NCBI GenBank assembly: GCA_002269645.1
Contig: NIVC01001135.1
Span: forward strand, 248,001 to 312,000
Direction: 5' to 3'
DNA: 64,000 bases
Source of the DNA: Macrostomum lignano
Taxonomy: Eukaryota
A model generated the notes under the pieces. It saw only the letters and a list, made by a program, of their open reading frames with translations, was not told the origin of the DNA and searched no databases. Below, in pieces: positions 16,962-29,544 of the stretch; within the stretch, counting starts at the first letter, position 1; every line of letters begins with the position of its first letter. A program made the translations under genes and the position numbers.

Positions 16962-19635
16962 ATGGCGTCAACCGAGCACAAGATTCTTTCTACTGGCAGC
17001 ATCGAATATTATCTGGAGGTCTTCAAATTGGATTCGCCGTTAGCCAGTCAGTCCAACGATCGGGTTCACGACTGCGGCATCGTGACTAGAGAGGAGGACC
17101 GCTACCTGCTCTATAGGACACCGTCAATTATGGTTAAGGCTCATGTCAAGGTAAGAAAGCTTATTACATTTCTGTTATTTTGTATAATTCTTCCAGATGG
17201 TAGCTTATAAGACACCAGAAGTTCTCATCAGCACCAATCAGCGGCTAGAAAGGGTCAGAAATTTTAGGGAGAGAAAGACAGCTGCAGAATCGATAGCCAA
17301 TCAGCGGCTAGAAAGGGTCAGACATTTGAGAAAGAGAGACAGCTGCAGAATCGTTAGCCAATCAGCAGCTAGAAAGCGTCAGAAATTTGAGGGAGAGAAA
17401 GACAGCTGCAGAATCGTCAGCCAATCAGCGGCTAGAGAGGGTCAGACTTTTGAGGGAGAGAAAGACAGCTGCAGAATTAATAGCCAGCAGTACCTCGCAT
17501 ATTCATCTCCATTTCCTATCACAGATCCAAAAATCGATAGCCAATCATGACTGGCTAATAGGTTTCGTACAGGCCACAGATCGAATGGAGAGCGAAAACG
17601 TGTTTGGCTCTTCAGGCAAGGCCCGCTGGGAGCTGCACCCGCTAAAGAGTGGCAAGCAGAAAATGGTGAATTCAAGCAGCGGCAACAGCAGCACACCCTA
17701 CATCATGGGTAAGACTGCTCCGCGTGATTGTATTGACGACATCTTAGTCCCAGACACTTCGTTTCTTAGAAATATGGGCTATATATGCCTAAATATATAC
17801 ACTATCGAGGAAACATTAGGAACTTCATTGACTCAACCGATCGAATAATTGACAGCTAATAAGATGCCTATCTTTTACGAGAAATGACTTGTCTGCTTAA
17901 GTCACAACGCCTTTCAACGAAATATTGAGGAATTAATTTTAGCTCGCAGTTTATAAAAGTTGACTAAAAATGATTGGAACACTTGGGCGCTTAACACGTC
18001 CGACTGTCGCGCCACAAGCAAAATTCTGGTTGCTTCGAATAATCATCATTTTCATGCCATAGCCTGATACCACTGTTCATGTACCTGCAACCCCGCCAGG
18101 TAACAATGTCCTCCGCATCAGGCGAGGCGAAATGCGAAAGTGCACCACCTGCATTCAGTTCGAAGAGTATCACGAGCCCACAATCAACTGGTGGATTTTA
18201 AGTCGGTCAAATCGACTAACGAAAGTTGTTCGTAGAAATCGAATAGTGCTCTGGCTTGTTGCATTCAGGTAATGGCTTTGAATAGTGTTTAACGTAATAG
18301 GGCAAGGCGATATGTTAGCGACTAATTAACAGATATTTGACAGAGTTCTAAAGCCTGCGTGGTCGTTTGGTAGCCAATCAGCGAGGAGAGAAAGGTAGAG
18401 AGGGAAACGGAAGGCGGTAGATTGGCAGCCAATCAGTGCATAGAGAGGAGATAGTGAGGGAGGTTGGCACTTGGCAGCCAATAAGCACAGAGAAAGCAGG
18501 GGTTGAAAGGGAGACGGAGGGCGGTAGATTGGCAGCCAATCAGTACATAGGAAGGGGTACATGTAGATAGGAAGGCTGGCAGCCAATTAGCACAGAGAAG
18601 TGCTCTCAGCCAATCAGCTGATACAACTCTGAAATCCAGAGATGCAGCAAAGTGAAAATTTATGATTTCCTTGCGCAAAAGTTTTTTTTACTTTTGAGCA
18701 CTACTTTTCCTTCCCGCTCAGAACACGCAAATCTCTGGTCGAATTGGAGGCTGGCGAGATCGACTGGAGGAGCGAGAAAATTAGCGTCCTGGCCACGGTG
18801 AAGTGGGACCTCCAAGTGGCCATCGACATCGACCCGGACCAGAGTCTTGGCAACCGGGTCCGCGGCTGCCGTAGGTGCCTGATCGGACCCAAGGTCTGCG
18901 AAGGAGAGCGCCGACGGCTGCCAGCCTCCGCGTTGAGCTCGCTGAGCGCTGCCGACTGCCAGAGCCTCATCTGGTATCCGAGGCGGGGTCAAGTGCAGCT
19001 GGATGACAGAAAATGTAAATGAATATTTAAACTGATCTATGTTTCCTTTTTGATCTTTGTCGAACTTTCTGCCTTCGCTTCCTTGTCGCTGATTGGCTGC
19101 AATCTCTCTCCTACCCTGTCCTTGCATCCCTGCCCCACCTCGTGCCACTGATTGGTTGGGGAAATATTTCCTTCCCTTTGTTTCCCTGCATCTCTGTCCA
19201 TCCTGATTGCTGATTGGCTGGTGAAATTCCCTCTCTCCAGTTAATTTTCGTACTGAGTATCTGCAATGTCCAAAATTTTATTATTTGATAATTGCAGCGA
19301 AAGTACAAATCCTGGTGCCTCCAAGGAAGATCATCGCGGACAGCTGGGAGCAGTGGGTCACAGAGATGACCGGCTCAGTTAGCAAGGTGGACATGAGCGT
19401 CAGGCCGGATTATCTATACGTAGATCATTGCATTGATGATCCATTCATCAGCACTTACCGCAGCAGGGCCCGCCGCTGCCTAGTGCCGCTGGTGAAGGAG
19501 GAGCCTCAGAAACAACAGCAGCAGCAGCAGCAGCAGCAGAAGCAGCAGCTGCGACAGCCGCAGCGGCAGTCGACGGTGTCGGCAAACGTCGAAGCATCGA
19601 TGGGCGACGAGCCGCCAAGACAGCGCAGCCAGTGA
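16962..19635 (+). CDS. FAM78: FAM78-family protein, 5 exons, ~381 aa, poly-Gln C-terminal tail
   Basis: join(16962..17150,17525..17708,18100..18268,18722..18987,19298..19635); GT-AG, phases consistent. Blocks LLYRTPSIMVKAHV, WLIGFVQATDRME, ARWELHPLKSGK, PTINW, RLTKVVRRNRIVLWLVA, VLATVKWDLQVAIDIDPDQSLGNRVR and LIWYPRR...VPP match recalled FAM78A/B (VLRYKTPYFKASARV, WVVGWIQACNQME, SSWELPDLREGR, PSVTW, ILQTIKWRMRVDIEVDPLQLLGQRAR, LMWRPKR...IPP). Confidence 0.82.
17232..17480. repeat. ~60-bp tandem repeat headed by AGCCAATCAGC, FAM78 intron 1
   Basis: About 4 copies of CCAATCAGCGGCTAGAAAGGGTCAGA..GAGAAAGACAGCTGCAGAATCG. Confidence 0.85.
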
Positions 19636-20711
19636 GCAGCTCTAATCTTATAGCTGGTCTTCACAACCAAACTCAAGCGCAATCTGAGCAGTTATTAAAT
19701 AATATTAACAATATAACTTATCACGTTTTATTAAAAGCTAAAGAGGTATCAACACTGCGTTTGAACTCTTTTTTGCAGTCGAATTTTAGCTTGTAAAACC
19801 GACGCAGCTTATGTTGCCGTCTACAGTCAGTGGTCACGTGACTGCAGCGAAATGAGACGAAAGGCTCGCATAAAAAAGGCTTTTTATAATATTTTCGTGC
19901 TACAAATACACCATTGATAATTTCTGAGTATTTGCTTCCGTTCAACGTAGAAAAACAATTATTTTGCCTCTCTTACTTACAACTAGCTATATAATTAACG
20001 AGAAAGTGATTAGATACTGCAAGCCAATGAGCACAGAGAGAGGGGTAGAGATGGAGAGGCAGGGTGGTAGATTGGCAGCCAATCAGCACAGAGAGGGGTA
20101 GAGATGGAGAGGCAGGGTGGTAGATTGGCAGCCAATCAGCGCAAGGGAGAGCGGTAGAGATGCAGAGGTAGTGCGGTTGGTGAATTGGGAGTGACATGAT
20201 AAGAGTGACTGGGAAAGTACTAAGTTTATTGAGAGTGACAGGGGAGGGTACTAAGTTGAGAGTGATAAGGGAAGAGTGGCAAGTCGATAGTGAACGGGGA
20301 GAGTGACAAGGTGAAAGTAACAAGGAGCAAATGACTTTCGCAGCAAGTGGGATGACCACAAATAGATTGCATTTATTTAGTCGCAACAGTACCTGATACC
20401 TATAAAAGTATGTCTTTTATCAAAGCGGAAAAACGCTCAGTTAAAGTTTGACAACTCGATTTCTTATCAAGCAACTGCCAGCCGTTTCTCGCAGCGGCCC
20501 CTCGCGTGCAAAGCTGTGCCTGCCGGCATTCCAAAGCAGCTCAAATCTTTTCTTTTCAATAACACTAAAGCACTTGTACTAAAACTGAGATTTTGAGCAA
20601 TCGTACGGCTGAGTGTGCACCCTACTGTGCAAGTGCGGGTCAATTAAACCTGTTTTTTTTGTCTGCGTTAGCAGAAAAATGAAACAAGAACGAAAAACGC
20701 GTAGTTTTTTG

Positions 20712-22105
20712 CACAGATTGACTGTCACAGATTCAGATTGACTGTCACAGATTGACTGTCACAGATTCAGATTGACTGTCACAGATTGACTGTCACAGAT
20801 TCAGATTGACTGTCACAGATTGACTGTCACAGATTGACTGCCACAGATTGACTGCCACAGATTGACTGTCACAGATTGACTGTCACAGATTGACTGTCAC
20901 AGATTGACTGTCACAGATTGACTGTCACAGATTGACTGTCACAGATTGACTGTCACAGATTGACTGTCACAGATTGACTGTCACAGATTGACTGTCACAG
21001 ATTGACTGTCACAGATTGACTGTCACAGATTGACTGTCACAGATTGACTGTCACAGATTGACTGTCACAGATTGACTGTCACAGATTCAGATTGACTGTC
21101 ACAGATTGACTGTCACAGATTCAGATTGACTGTCACAGATTGACTGTCACAGATTGACTGTCACAGATTGACTGTCACAGATTCAGATTGACTGTCACAG
21201 ATTGACTGTCACAGATTGACTGTCACAGATTCAGATTGACTGTCACAGATTGACTGTCACAGATTCAGATTGACTGTCACAGATTGACTGTCACAGATTC
21301 AGATTGACTGTCACAGATTGACTGTCACAGATTGACTGTCACAGATTGACTGTCACAGATTCAGATTGACTGTCACAGATTGACTGTCACAGATTGACTG
21401 CCACAGATTGACTGCCACAGATTGACTGTCACAGATTGACTGTCACAGATTCACTGTCACAGATTCAGATTGACTGTCACAGATTGACTGTCACAGATTG
21501 ACTGTCACAGATTGACTGTCACAGATTGACTGTCACAGATTCAGATTGACTGTCACAGATTGACTGTCACAGATTGACTGCCACAGATTGACTGCCACAG
21601 ATTGACTGTCACAGATTGACTGTCACAGATTGACTGTCACAGATTCAGATTGACTGTCACAGATTCAGATTGACTGTCACAGATTCAGATTGACTGTCAC
21701 AGATTCAGATTGACTGTCACAGATTCAGATTGACTGTCACAGATTCAGATTGACTGTCACAGCTTGACTGTCACAGATTGACTGTCACAGATTGACTGTT
21801 ACAGATTGACTGTCACAGATTGACTGTCACAGATTGACTGTCACATATTGACTGTCACAGATTGACTGTCACAGATTGACTGTCACAGATTGACTGTCAC
21901 AGATTGACTGTCACAGATTGACTGTCACAGATTGACTGTCACATATTGACTGTCACAGATTGACTGTCACAGATTGACTGTCACAGATTGACTGTCACAG
22001 ATTGACTGTCACATATTGACTGTCACATATTGACTGTCACATATTGACTGTCACATATTGACTGTCACATATTGACTGTCACATATTGACTGTCACATAT
22101 TGACT
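20712..22105. repeat. 14-bp minisatellite (AGATTGACTGTCAC) with 6-bp AGATTC inserts
   Basis: ~90 copies. Confidence 0.97.
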
Positions 22106-22276
22106 GTTGATCGATTGATTGATTGATCAATTGGGGTTGCTTTCACAGGCTAGAACGTCGCAAGCTTGAAAACTTACATTGTCAAAATTGTTTAAGTTGT
22201 GAGACTTGCAAGACCTGTCGACCATGCGAAGTTTCGAGCTTGGGAAGTTTGAGCATATAAAGTTTCGCCGTAGAGA

Positions 22277-22534
22277 GTTTTAGCTTAGTGGTTAGAGTGT
22301 CAGACTCTTGACTGAAAGGTTGGGGGTTCGATTCTTGACCCAATCGGAACAATTTGTGTCCTTGAGCAAGACACTTACCTCTGCATTGTTTCATTTCACC
22401 CAGTTGTAAAATGGGTGCCAGCATTAGCTGTGGTAATTGAGGGTGTGTGTGGCGACCCCCCAGTCCTTGGACTGAACAGCCGTACGCAGCCTTCAGATGC
22501 GCCGCGCAATAGCTTCGTCTCGAGCTTATGAAAC
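22277..22534 (+). mobile_element. tRNA-derived SINE, family A copy 1
   Basis: Box A-like TAGCTTAGTGGTTAGAG and box B GGTTCGATTC, then GTGTCCTTGAGCAAGACACTTACC...GTAAAATGGGT (CORE/V-SINE-like central domain). The 3' ~105 nt are nearly identical to 63840-63945. Confidence 0.8.
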
Positions 22535-23016
22535 TCCACTATTCCTGTCCTATTCCTGACACTGCCTGAATTTCACAAACTCTAAAGCTGTGCTGAGCAG
22601 GTCAGGCCTATCTGCCAGCTCTGAGTTCTAAACCAAGATAGTTTCAAAAAAGTACGAGAACTCTTGCCGTAATCTACTGGGGTAGCTCGATTTTTTCCAG
22701 GTGCCAGATTCTGCTCCGAGCTTCACTTTTATCACGGCAGGCAGCTTGCGCAGGTTCAGAGCGGCCCTCTGCAAGCCCCCCCCCCCTCAAGAAATGTTGT
22801 GTTCAAATCGTTTTTTAAAAAGCGCTGCCCGACAAGCAAAGGTTGTGCAAACTGGCCTCAGATCAGACCCTGCTAATTTCTTTCTTCTTCAAAGTCGGAG
22901 CTGGTGAGATAAACAGTGAGCACTTCTTCGCCTTGGAGAGAGCTCATGCTCTGCATAAAAAGGTGTTGGCAGAAGATTTTTTCAGGTGCAACCAGCCAGT
23001 AAAAGCAGGCAAAAAT

Positions 23017-26000
23017 ATGGGTAGCAACGGAACAAGCGACCGGGAGGACCTGTCATCCTGCGATGCCGAGGAGGCCAGCGACGCGTTTGATGATCCCGGA
23101 GTCGAGGAGACCAAGGTGAGTACCGGATCACCGAGAGTTGAGTTCACTGGCTATTGGAATTAAACTAGATAGAGATCCGACAAGATCCGATCAGATAGGA
23201 TGCGATAACAGGATGGGATCAGACAGAATGGATCAGACAGGATGGGATCAGACAGAATAGATCAGACAGGATGGGATCAGACAGGATGGGATCAGACAGG
23301 ATGGGATCAGACAGGATGGGATCAGACAGGATGGGATCAGACAGGATGGGATCAGGCAGGATGGGATCAGACAGGATGGGATCAGGCAGGATGGGATCAG
23401 ACAGGATGGGATCAGACAGGATGGGATCAGACAGGATGGGATCAGACAGGATGGGATCAGACAGGATGGGATCAGGCAGGATGGGATCAGACAGGATGGG
23501 ATCAGACAGGATGGGATCAGACAGGATGGGATCAGGCAGATCCGGTCCCCTCTCGACCAGATCGAGTTCGGCGTGCTGTTTGACATCGACGGGGTGATCG
23601 CGCTGGGCCTGAACCCGCTGCCGCAGGCGCGCGAGGCCATCCGCATGCTGATCTGCCCGGAGACCGGCCGGCCGCGGGTGCCGTTCGCCTTCGTCACAAA
23701 CGGCTGCGCGTTGGGCGACAGCAAGGCGAAGAAGCTGTCGCAGTGGTTTGACGTTCAGGTGAGACCTGGCGGGGCTCGAGTTTGATTGCCCCAATAAATT
23801 AAAGTTTTCATCAATTCAACTCTGCTAATGGACAGCAAGACCCAGGGGGTACCTTACCGTACTTTAGGAGACGTTACTGCCCATTCCGATGACTCCCCTG
23901 AGCAGGCACACAGGCGTGTACAGCGGCCCTAACTTTATTTATCGTTAGGCATGTACACTTCACTGTGCCTTGGGGGTTGGCCCTCAAGGCCGTTAATTGC
24001 ACGAGCAAAGAGCCAAGCTGAGATTAAAATTTACCCCCAAATTAATGTGACTGCACTGGGAATCGAGCCTGGGCCGTTGGCACACCAGAGGCCATTAGGC
24101 TACGGACCTTAACGTTTGGACGTATGTTAGTGCTTACGTTTTTGTACGTCTATTATATCGTAATTTAATTGTACACAGAGTATATGCTCATAGTTGATAA
24201 TATCCACATAAGAGTCCTCTGTACCTATGGCATTAAATACCGCCATGAGTAATCGCTCATAATTGCTCAATCCGAATCCGCCCGCAGGTCAGCCCGGACC
24301 AGTGCATCCACTCGCAGTCGCCGCTCTCCGTGTTCACCAAGTGGCACCACAAGCGGGTCCTGTTCGTTGGTCAGGGACCGATTCTGGAGATTGCTGAGAG
24401 GCGAGTGGCGGGGGGGGGGCTGCTGCATCATGGACCCCTAATTAATCTCTGGACTGGAGGCGAATGAAATAGGAAACAGTTTTCCGTGATCAGCTGAATA
24501 AGAAAGCTGGTGCATATCGAGAAATTGGATTTCCCTAGCCAAGCCCCTAGAGTGGGGTTCCCCGCGGGAGTCCATTGCGCCTGGAGTACTATTTATAACT
24601 CCAAATCATCTGCTGATCTTTTTAGTCTGGGCTTCACAAATGTTTGCGAGCTCGAAGATGTGAAGAAAGCTTATCCCCTGCTGGACATGGTGGATCACAA
24701 CAATAGAAAGTCGGTGGTGAGCAAATTTTTTAATACTAATTTTAGTAGTTCTAATAATATTGCTCTAGTTAATAGAACCGTTACTTACCAACATTTTAGG
24801 CAAACGGCTATGTGGAGAATCCCGACTTTCCAAGAATCGAATGTAAGCCTGTGGTGATTCGAATATAGAGAATCCACAACTGAGGATCTCACTTGGCAAA
24901 TTGGAGGGAGAATCCACAATAGGGAATCCCAGTTGTTTAACTTGAGGGGAATCCATAATAGGGAATCCCAGTTATTGAATTGGATGGGGAATCCATAATA
25001 GGGAATCCCAGTTATTGAATTGGATGGGGAATCCATAATAGGGAATCTCAGTTATTGAACTGGATGGGGAATCCATAATAGGGAATCTCAGTTATTGAAC
25101 TGGATGGGGAATCCATAATAGGGAATCTCAGTTATTGAACTGGAGGGGGAATCCATAATAGGGAATCCCAGTTATTGAATTGGATGGGAATCCATAATAG
25201 GGAATCCCAGTTATTGAAGTTATTGAACTGGATGGGGAATCCATAATAGGGAATCCCAGTTATTGAAGTTATTGAACTGGATGGGGAGTCCACAATGAAA
25301 ATCCCAAAGTATCAAGTGGAAGGGAAATCCATTTGGAGAATTCCAAACATCGAAGGATAGAGGGAATTCCAGTTAGTGAAATGGAAAGGTCAGGAGTTCC
25401 CCAGCCTATGAACGCAAACACGAGCTGGTCACATATCAAATTGCGATGTGGCGAAACGTTAAAATCCCAAAATCCCTAGGCATAATCTCAATCGGCGAGC
25501 CGGACCGCTGGGAGTCCTACCTGCAGCTCATCATCGACCTGCTGGTGACCAACGGCAAACCGGACAAGGCCCCGGAGCGGTACCCGGACACACACCTGCC
25601 CATCCTGGCTTGCAATATGGATCTGGTCTTCAAGGCGGAGGCCTGTATGCCGAGGTGTGACAACTATCATTATTGTGTATGTTCTACTGTTATCGACTTG
25701 TTCAACTACTTATTTAGTAGTATTCGCACGCTTATACCTTTATAGGTTTGGCCACGGCTCATTCCTGCTCTGCCTGGAGGCTCTCTACGAAAAGATCACG
25801 GGCAACGCGCTGCAATACACGCACCTGATTGGCAAACCGTCGGAGATCACTTATCGATTTTCCGAGCACACGATCGCCAAACTGGCTATGCAGATTCCGG
25901 GGGCTGGGCGCATCAAGAGGATCTACTTTGTAGGGTGAGTTGATATTGCTTATGCAGGCTTTCAATCAGCCGAATGCGTCAGGTGTACCTGAAATTTATC

Positions 26001-28946
26001 GATGAAACTGGAACCCCTAGGGTGACACTGAGGCCCCTAAGGTGACACCAGAAGGTCCGGAACCCATTAAATGAACCAGGAATGTGTTTGATACCAGTAG
26101 CTTCTATGACCACTCTATCAACTGCAAACCCCGCAGCGACAACCCCGAGGTGGACATCAAGGGCGCAAACCTGTACAACAAGTACCTGGGCCGTTACCGG
26201 CGCCTCTCAGGCTCCCTGTCGGGCCCGCCGACCATCGAGCAGATCCGGGCGATCAGGCGTCAGATCGACATTTCAAAGTCCCGTATGATACCGGATGATG
26301 CCGAGTTTATGGAACACTCCGCCAAGCTCTTCATCTGTAAGTGAAGTTGGAGTCTACTTACTGAAAACTAGTCTACTAGTCGCACTTCAGCAAACAACCA
26401 TTCTAAACTGTACATTCCATTCCGTAAATCCTATTGTGTACATTCGCCCACCCACCTCCCTCTTTTTTGCCTATCTGTCCTTGAGAGGCTAATTAAACTT
26501 TACGCTCGTAGCAATAAAAAACAAAATGCGGTCATTAAGTTTAGCAACAGTTCAAACCCCTTTCCATTTTTGGCTCGAGTAATTATTAATCTACATTCCT
26601 ACCCTACCCACCATTAGGGAATACAAAATCCCGAGTGATCTAAAGGCATCTAAAGGGTGTCCTGATAGTGCTAAGAATGAGGTCTTTCGCATAGGGGGGG
26701 GGGGCTTCTGATCTGCGCAAGGTCGAGACCCCCTGATTTTCGCTGGGTTTGAGATAGAGGGAGAGTTCAAATGAACAATCGTTTGACTCCCGTCTGGCAA
26801 GCTATAGCGCTGTGATCGGAAACAATGATGAATTGGTCTCTATTGCTTTAGACTCTGTGCACAGGTTTTAGAATAATAATTACATTAGTCTGCGGGTACC
26901 ATATGCATCGTAAAAACTCGTACAGTTGCAGTACATTGTTACACCTGAAATCTCCTATACGATCTCCCAACAGCTTCAGTTTTGTATCCCTGCAGCACTA
27001 GCCTTCTCACTAGCCTACATTTTTAAAAGATCATTAATAAAAGCAGGACAACTAGGTTATGATTTTCACCTGACAGTAGCTCAACTGCAGATACTACCTT
27101 AGTACTACTCGAGAATGAATGATTGCAAGCCGGGATCGGGATCCCGATGGTCAATCCCGGGATTTTCGAATCCCGGACAAGTGTGATCCCGGGTAAGGAA
27201 TATAATCCCGGGATCCCGGGATCCCGAAATCCCGGCATTAGGCCCAAATCCCGGGATTCGACCTTGCGCAGATCAAAAGCCCCCCCCCCATCTTATGCGA
27301 AAGACCTCATTCTTAGCACTATCGGGACACCCTTTAGCTGCCCAGCATAGGGGTGGTGGCAGAACTATGTACTTTAAGCAGTCCCTACCTTCAAAACTCT
27401 TTGGCCGTAGTATGGGATTAGAACAGTGGGACCTTGCATCGGACCACAACCCAAGCTACCAGTTCTCCATCTAGGGCGGGTGCCTCTGGGAGGGTGAGGT
27501 CTGATCCCCTTTTACCCTGGCATCAGAGCCTCGATAGCTCTGTAAGCTATCATTCCCCAGGTTACATCACAATCAAGTGTGATTTTCCTGAGCTGATACT
27601 GGCATGTAAAGAAGCACGTCTATTGCGCCAGCCCCAGCCCGTACATCAGACAAAATCAGGTTAGATGGCTTCGTACACCCAAATTGCACCAACAAAGATT
27701 ATAAACTTTTTTTTTAATCCCAGGATCACGAGATCCCGGCCCAATATGTTGAGATCCCGGGATTGGCAAAGTCCGGGATATCCCGATCCCCATAATCCCG
27801 GGATTTTCAAAGTCCGGGATATCCCGATCCTGAGAATCCTGGGATTTCGGGATCCCGAGATCCAGGGATTGTATTCCTACCCACCTTTCTCTGTAAGCTA
27901 CCCTAGTCCCAACATCTCCTATTACGAGTAATCTCTGGTCATCTCGCGCAGACCATATTTACTAATCGAAAAACAGCCATAAAAGCCTCAAATATCATAC
28001 ACTCTCGCCAGTCGCCACATTCTAACCTCTGCTTATCTTCCCCTGATAGACAACTGAGCCTCTTCATATCGCCGGTTCGAAAAACGGAACCGGTTCCGGA
28101 ACATGGTTCTGGTTCTAGAATATTGTTCGAGAAATTTTCTCGAACCGTTGTCATGTTTACATTTTAACAGTAAATATATTTGAAATCGTCAATTTTTTAT
28201 TATTGTTATATAATTATTCCTTTTTTGTCATATCCAAGAGGAAACAAAGTCAAAAACGACAAAATTAAATTGTAAAGAGTGTCAAACATAAAATGAGTTC
28301 GAAGCTCCTCATTTCACACTGGTTCTGGTTCTAGAACTCGAATTTATTCTGGTTCTAGAACCGATTGCCGTGAAGAGGCTCACTAGCCCATCTTCAGCAA
28401 TAATAAGAGGCGGTCATTAAATTCCGTAACTGTACATTCCTACCCACTCGCTGTTTTCTCTAACCTCTTTCCCTCACCTCTCATTGGCTGGCATTAGCCA
28501 AACTTAACCAATCGATAAAAACGGTCTTTAAACCCAAAACTGTACATTCTCGACACTCCAAATTCCTCTCTGACAGAATGGACTTATCTCTCCCTAAGAA
28601 GCGCTCATTAAAAATCAATAAAAGAGAATATGTACGTATTACTTTTAAGTCTTAACTGTACACCACACTCACTTCTTTATCTGCCATTAGTGAAACACTA
28701 ATCAAATTTCAGCAATAAAAAACGACCTATAATTTCCGAAAATTGACTAATTATATTCTTAACCTTGTAGCCATCCTCGTGGGCACCGGGGTGTACAATC
28801 CGAACGCCACCTCAATGTGCGGCCCGCACGTCTACCACGGCCACCGGGACATCGAGCGAGACGACGAGCTCACTAAGCCGCACTTCTACTTCGACGACTG
28901 CCACAAAGCCGTGCAATTCATCTTTTCTAAGGAGAAATTCAAATGA
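23017..28946 (+). CDS. HDHD5: HAD-superfamily class IIA hydrolase, HDHD5/CECR5 homolog, 9 exons, ~427 aa
   Basis: join(23017..23115,23561..23758,24288..24400,24626..24716,24800..24842,25480..25654,25746..25934,26137..26336,28771..28946), 1284 nt. Motifs: FGVLFDIDGV, FVTNG, GQGP, YPLLDMVD, DFPRIE, GEPDRWE, LACNMDL..KAEACMPRFGHGSFLLCLE, GKPS, VGDNPEVDIKGAN, ILVGTGVY, YHGHRD. Intron 3 is GC-AG. Confidence 0.93.
23200..23540. repeat. 15-bp minisatellite (GGATCAGACAGGATG), HDHD5 intron 1
   Basis: ~22 copies. Confidence 0.96.
23900..24108 (-). mobile_element. tRNA-derived SINE, family B copy 1 (HDHD5 intron 2)
   Basis: Reverse complement closely matches 59530-59760; box B GGCTCGATTCC. Confidence 0.8.
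24905..25290. repeat. 40-bp minisatellite (GGGAATCCCAGTTATTGAATTGGATGGGGAATCCATAATA), HDHD5 intron 5
   Basis: ~9 copies, period 40. Confidence 0.93.
26615..27879. mobile_element. hAT-like non-autonomous element (MITE) in HDHD5 intron 8
   Basis: TIRs TAGGGAATACAAAATCCC / GGGATTGTATTCCTA; flanking 8-mers CCCACCAT (26607-26614) and CCCACCTT (27880-27887) match 7/8. It has many subterminal ATCCCGGGAT motifs and an internal inverted repeat ~26653-26727 / ~27258-27342. Confidence 0.7.
28055..28382. mobile_element. Possible MITE with TGAGCCTCTTCA termini
   Basis: TGAGCCTCTTCA...TGAAGAGGCTCA inverted ends and internal GGTTCTAGAAC motifs; no TSD found. Confidence 0.45.
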
Positions 28947-29544
28947 TTAAATAGTTCGCATAATTTGCTGAATCCAGTCTTCGTTACTGTGTCCTATTGT
29001 GCCCAGTTTTTGCCCGCTTCCAGCACTTCCTGACCAAATTGAAAGAAGAAAAACAATTCAAATGGACACACACGATGCTTTCTCTATACTGTAGACATTG
29101 ATCCAAGCTAAGATCAAAGTTCAATTGCTTATTGTCGCTCGAGACTTTTTAAGTATGATCAGCTTCCAATAATGTTTGCACGCTGGAATATAATAGTTTA
29201 AGTAGAGTGCTGACGGGTTTACTATTACAAGCGTAGCCTCATTGGGAGTTCGAATTAAATGTTTTTTAGCTTAAATGTGCTCAGAGATAGAAAACGGCAT
29301 GGTAAGCTTCCAAATGTCTTTGCAACAGCTACAGCAATGAAAGATTACTAAATATTTCATACTTAATAAATCAATTTACAGAACACTTCAAAGTTGCAAT
29401 TTCTCATGCTCACAGTTCAAACTGGATTTTACATGTGGATAAGCTGGGACGAGTAGAGAGGAGGGGAGGACGAGGGGAGAGGTTAAACAACTCATATGAT
29501 TAAGGGGTGATGCAGGATGATGAGGGCATAAGGAAGGGATTATG

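Noticed and set aside
22277-22345. tRNA gene (also 63761 and 59530)
   Set aside because: Box A/B present but no convincing acceptor stem, and each continues into a shared repeat body, so these are SINE heads.
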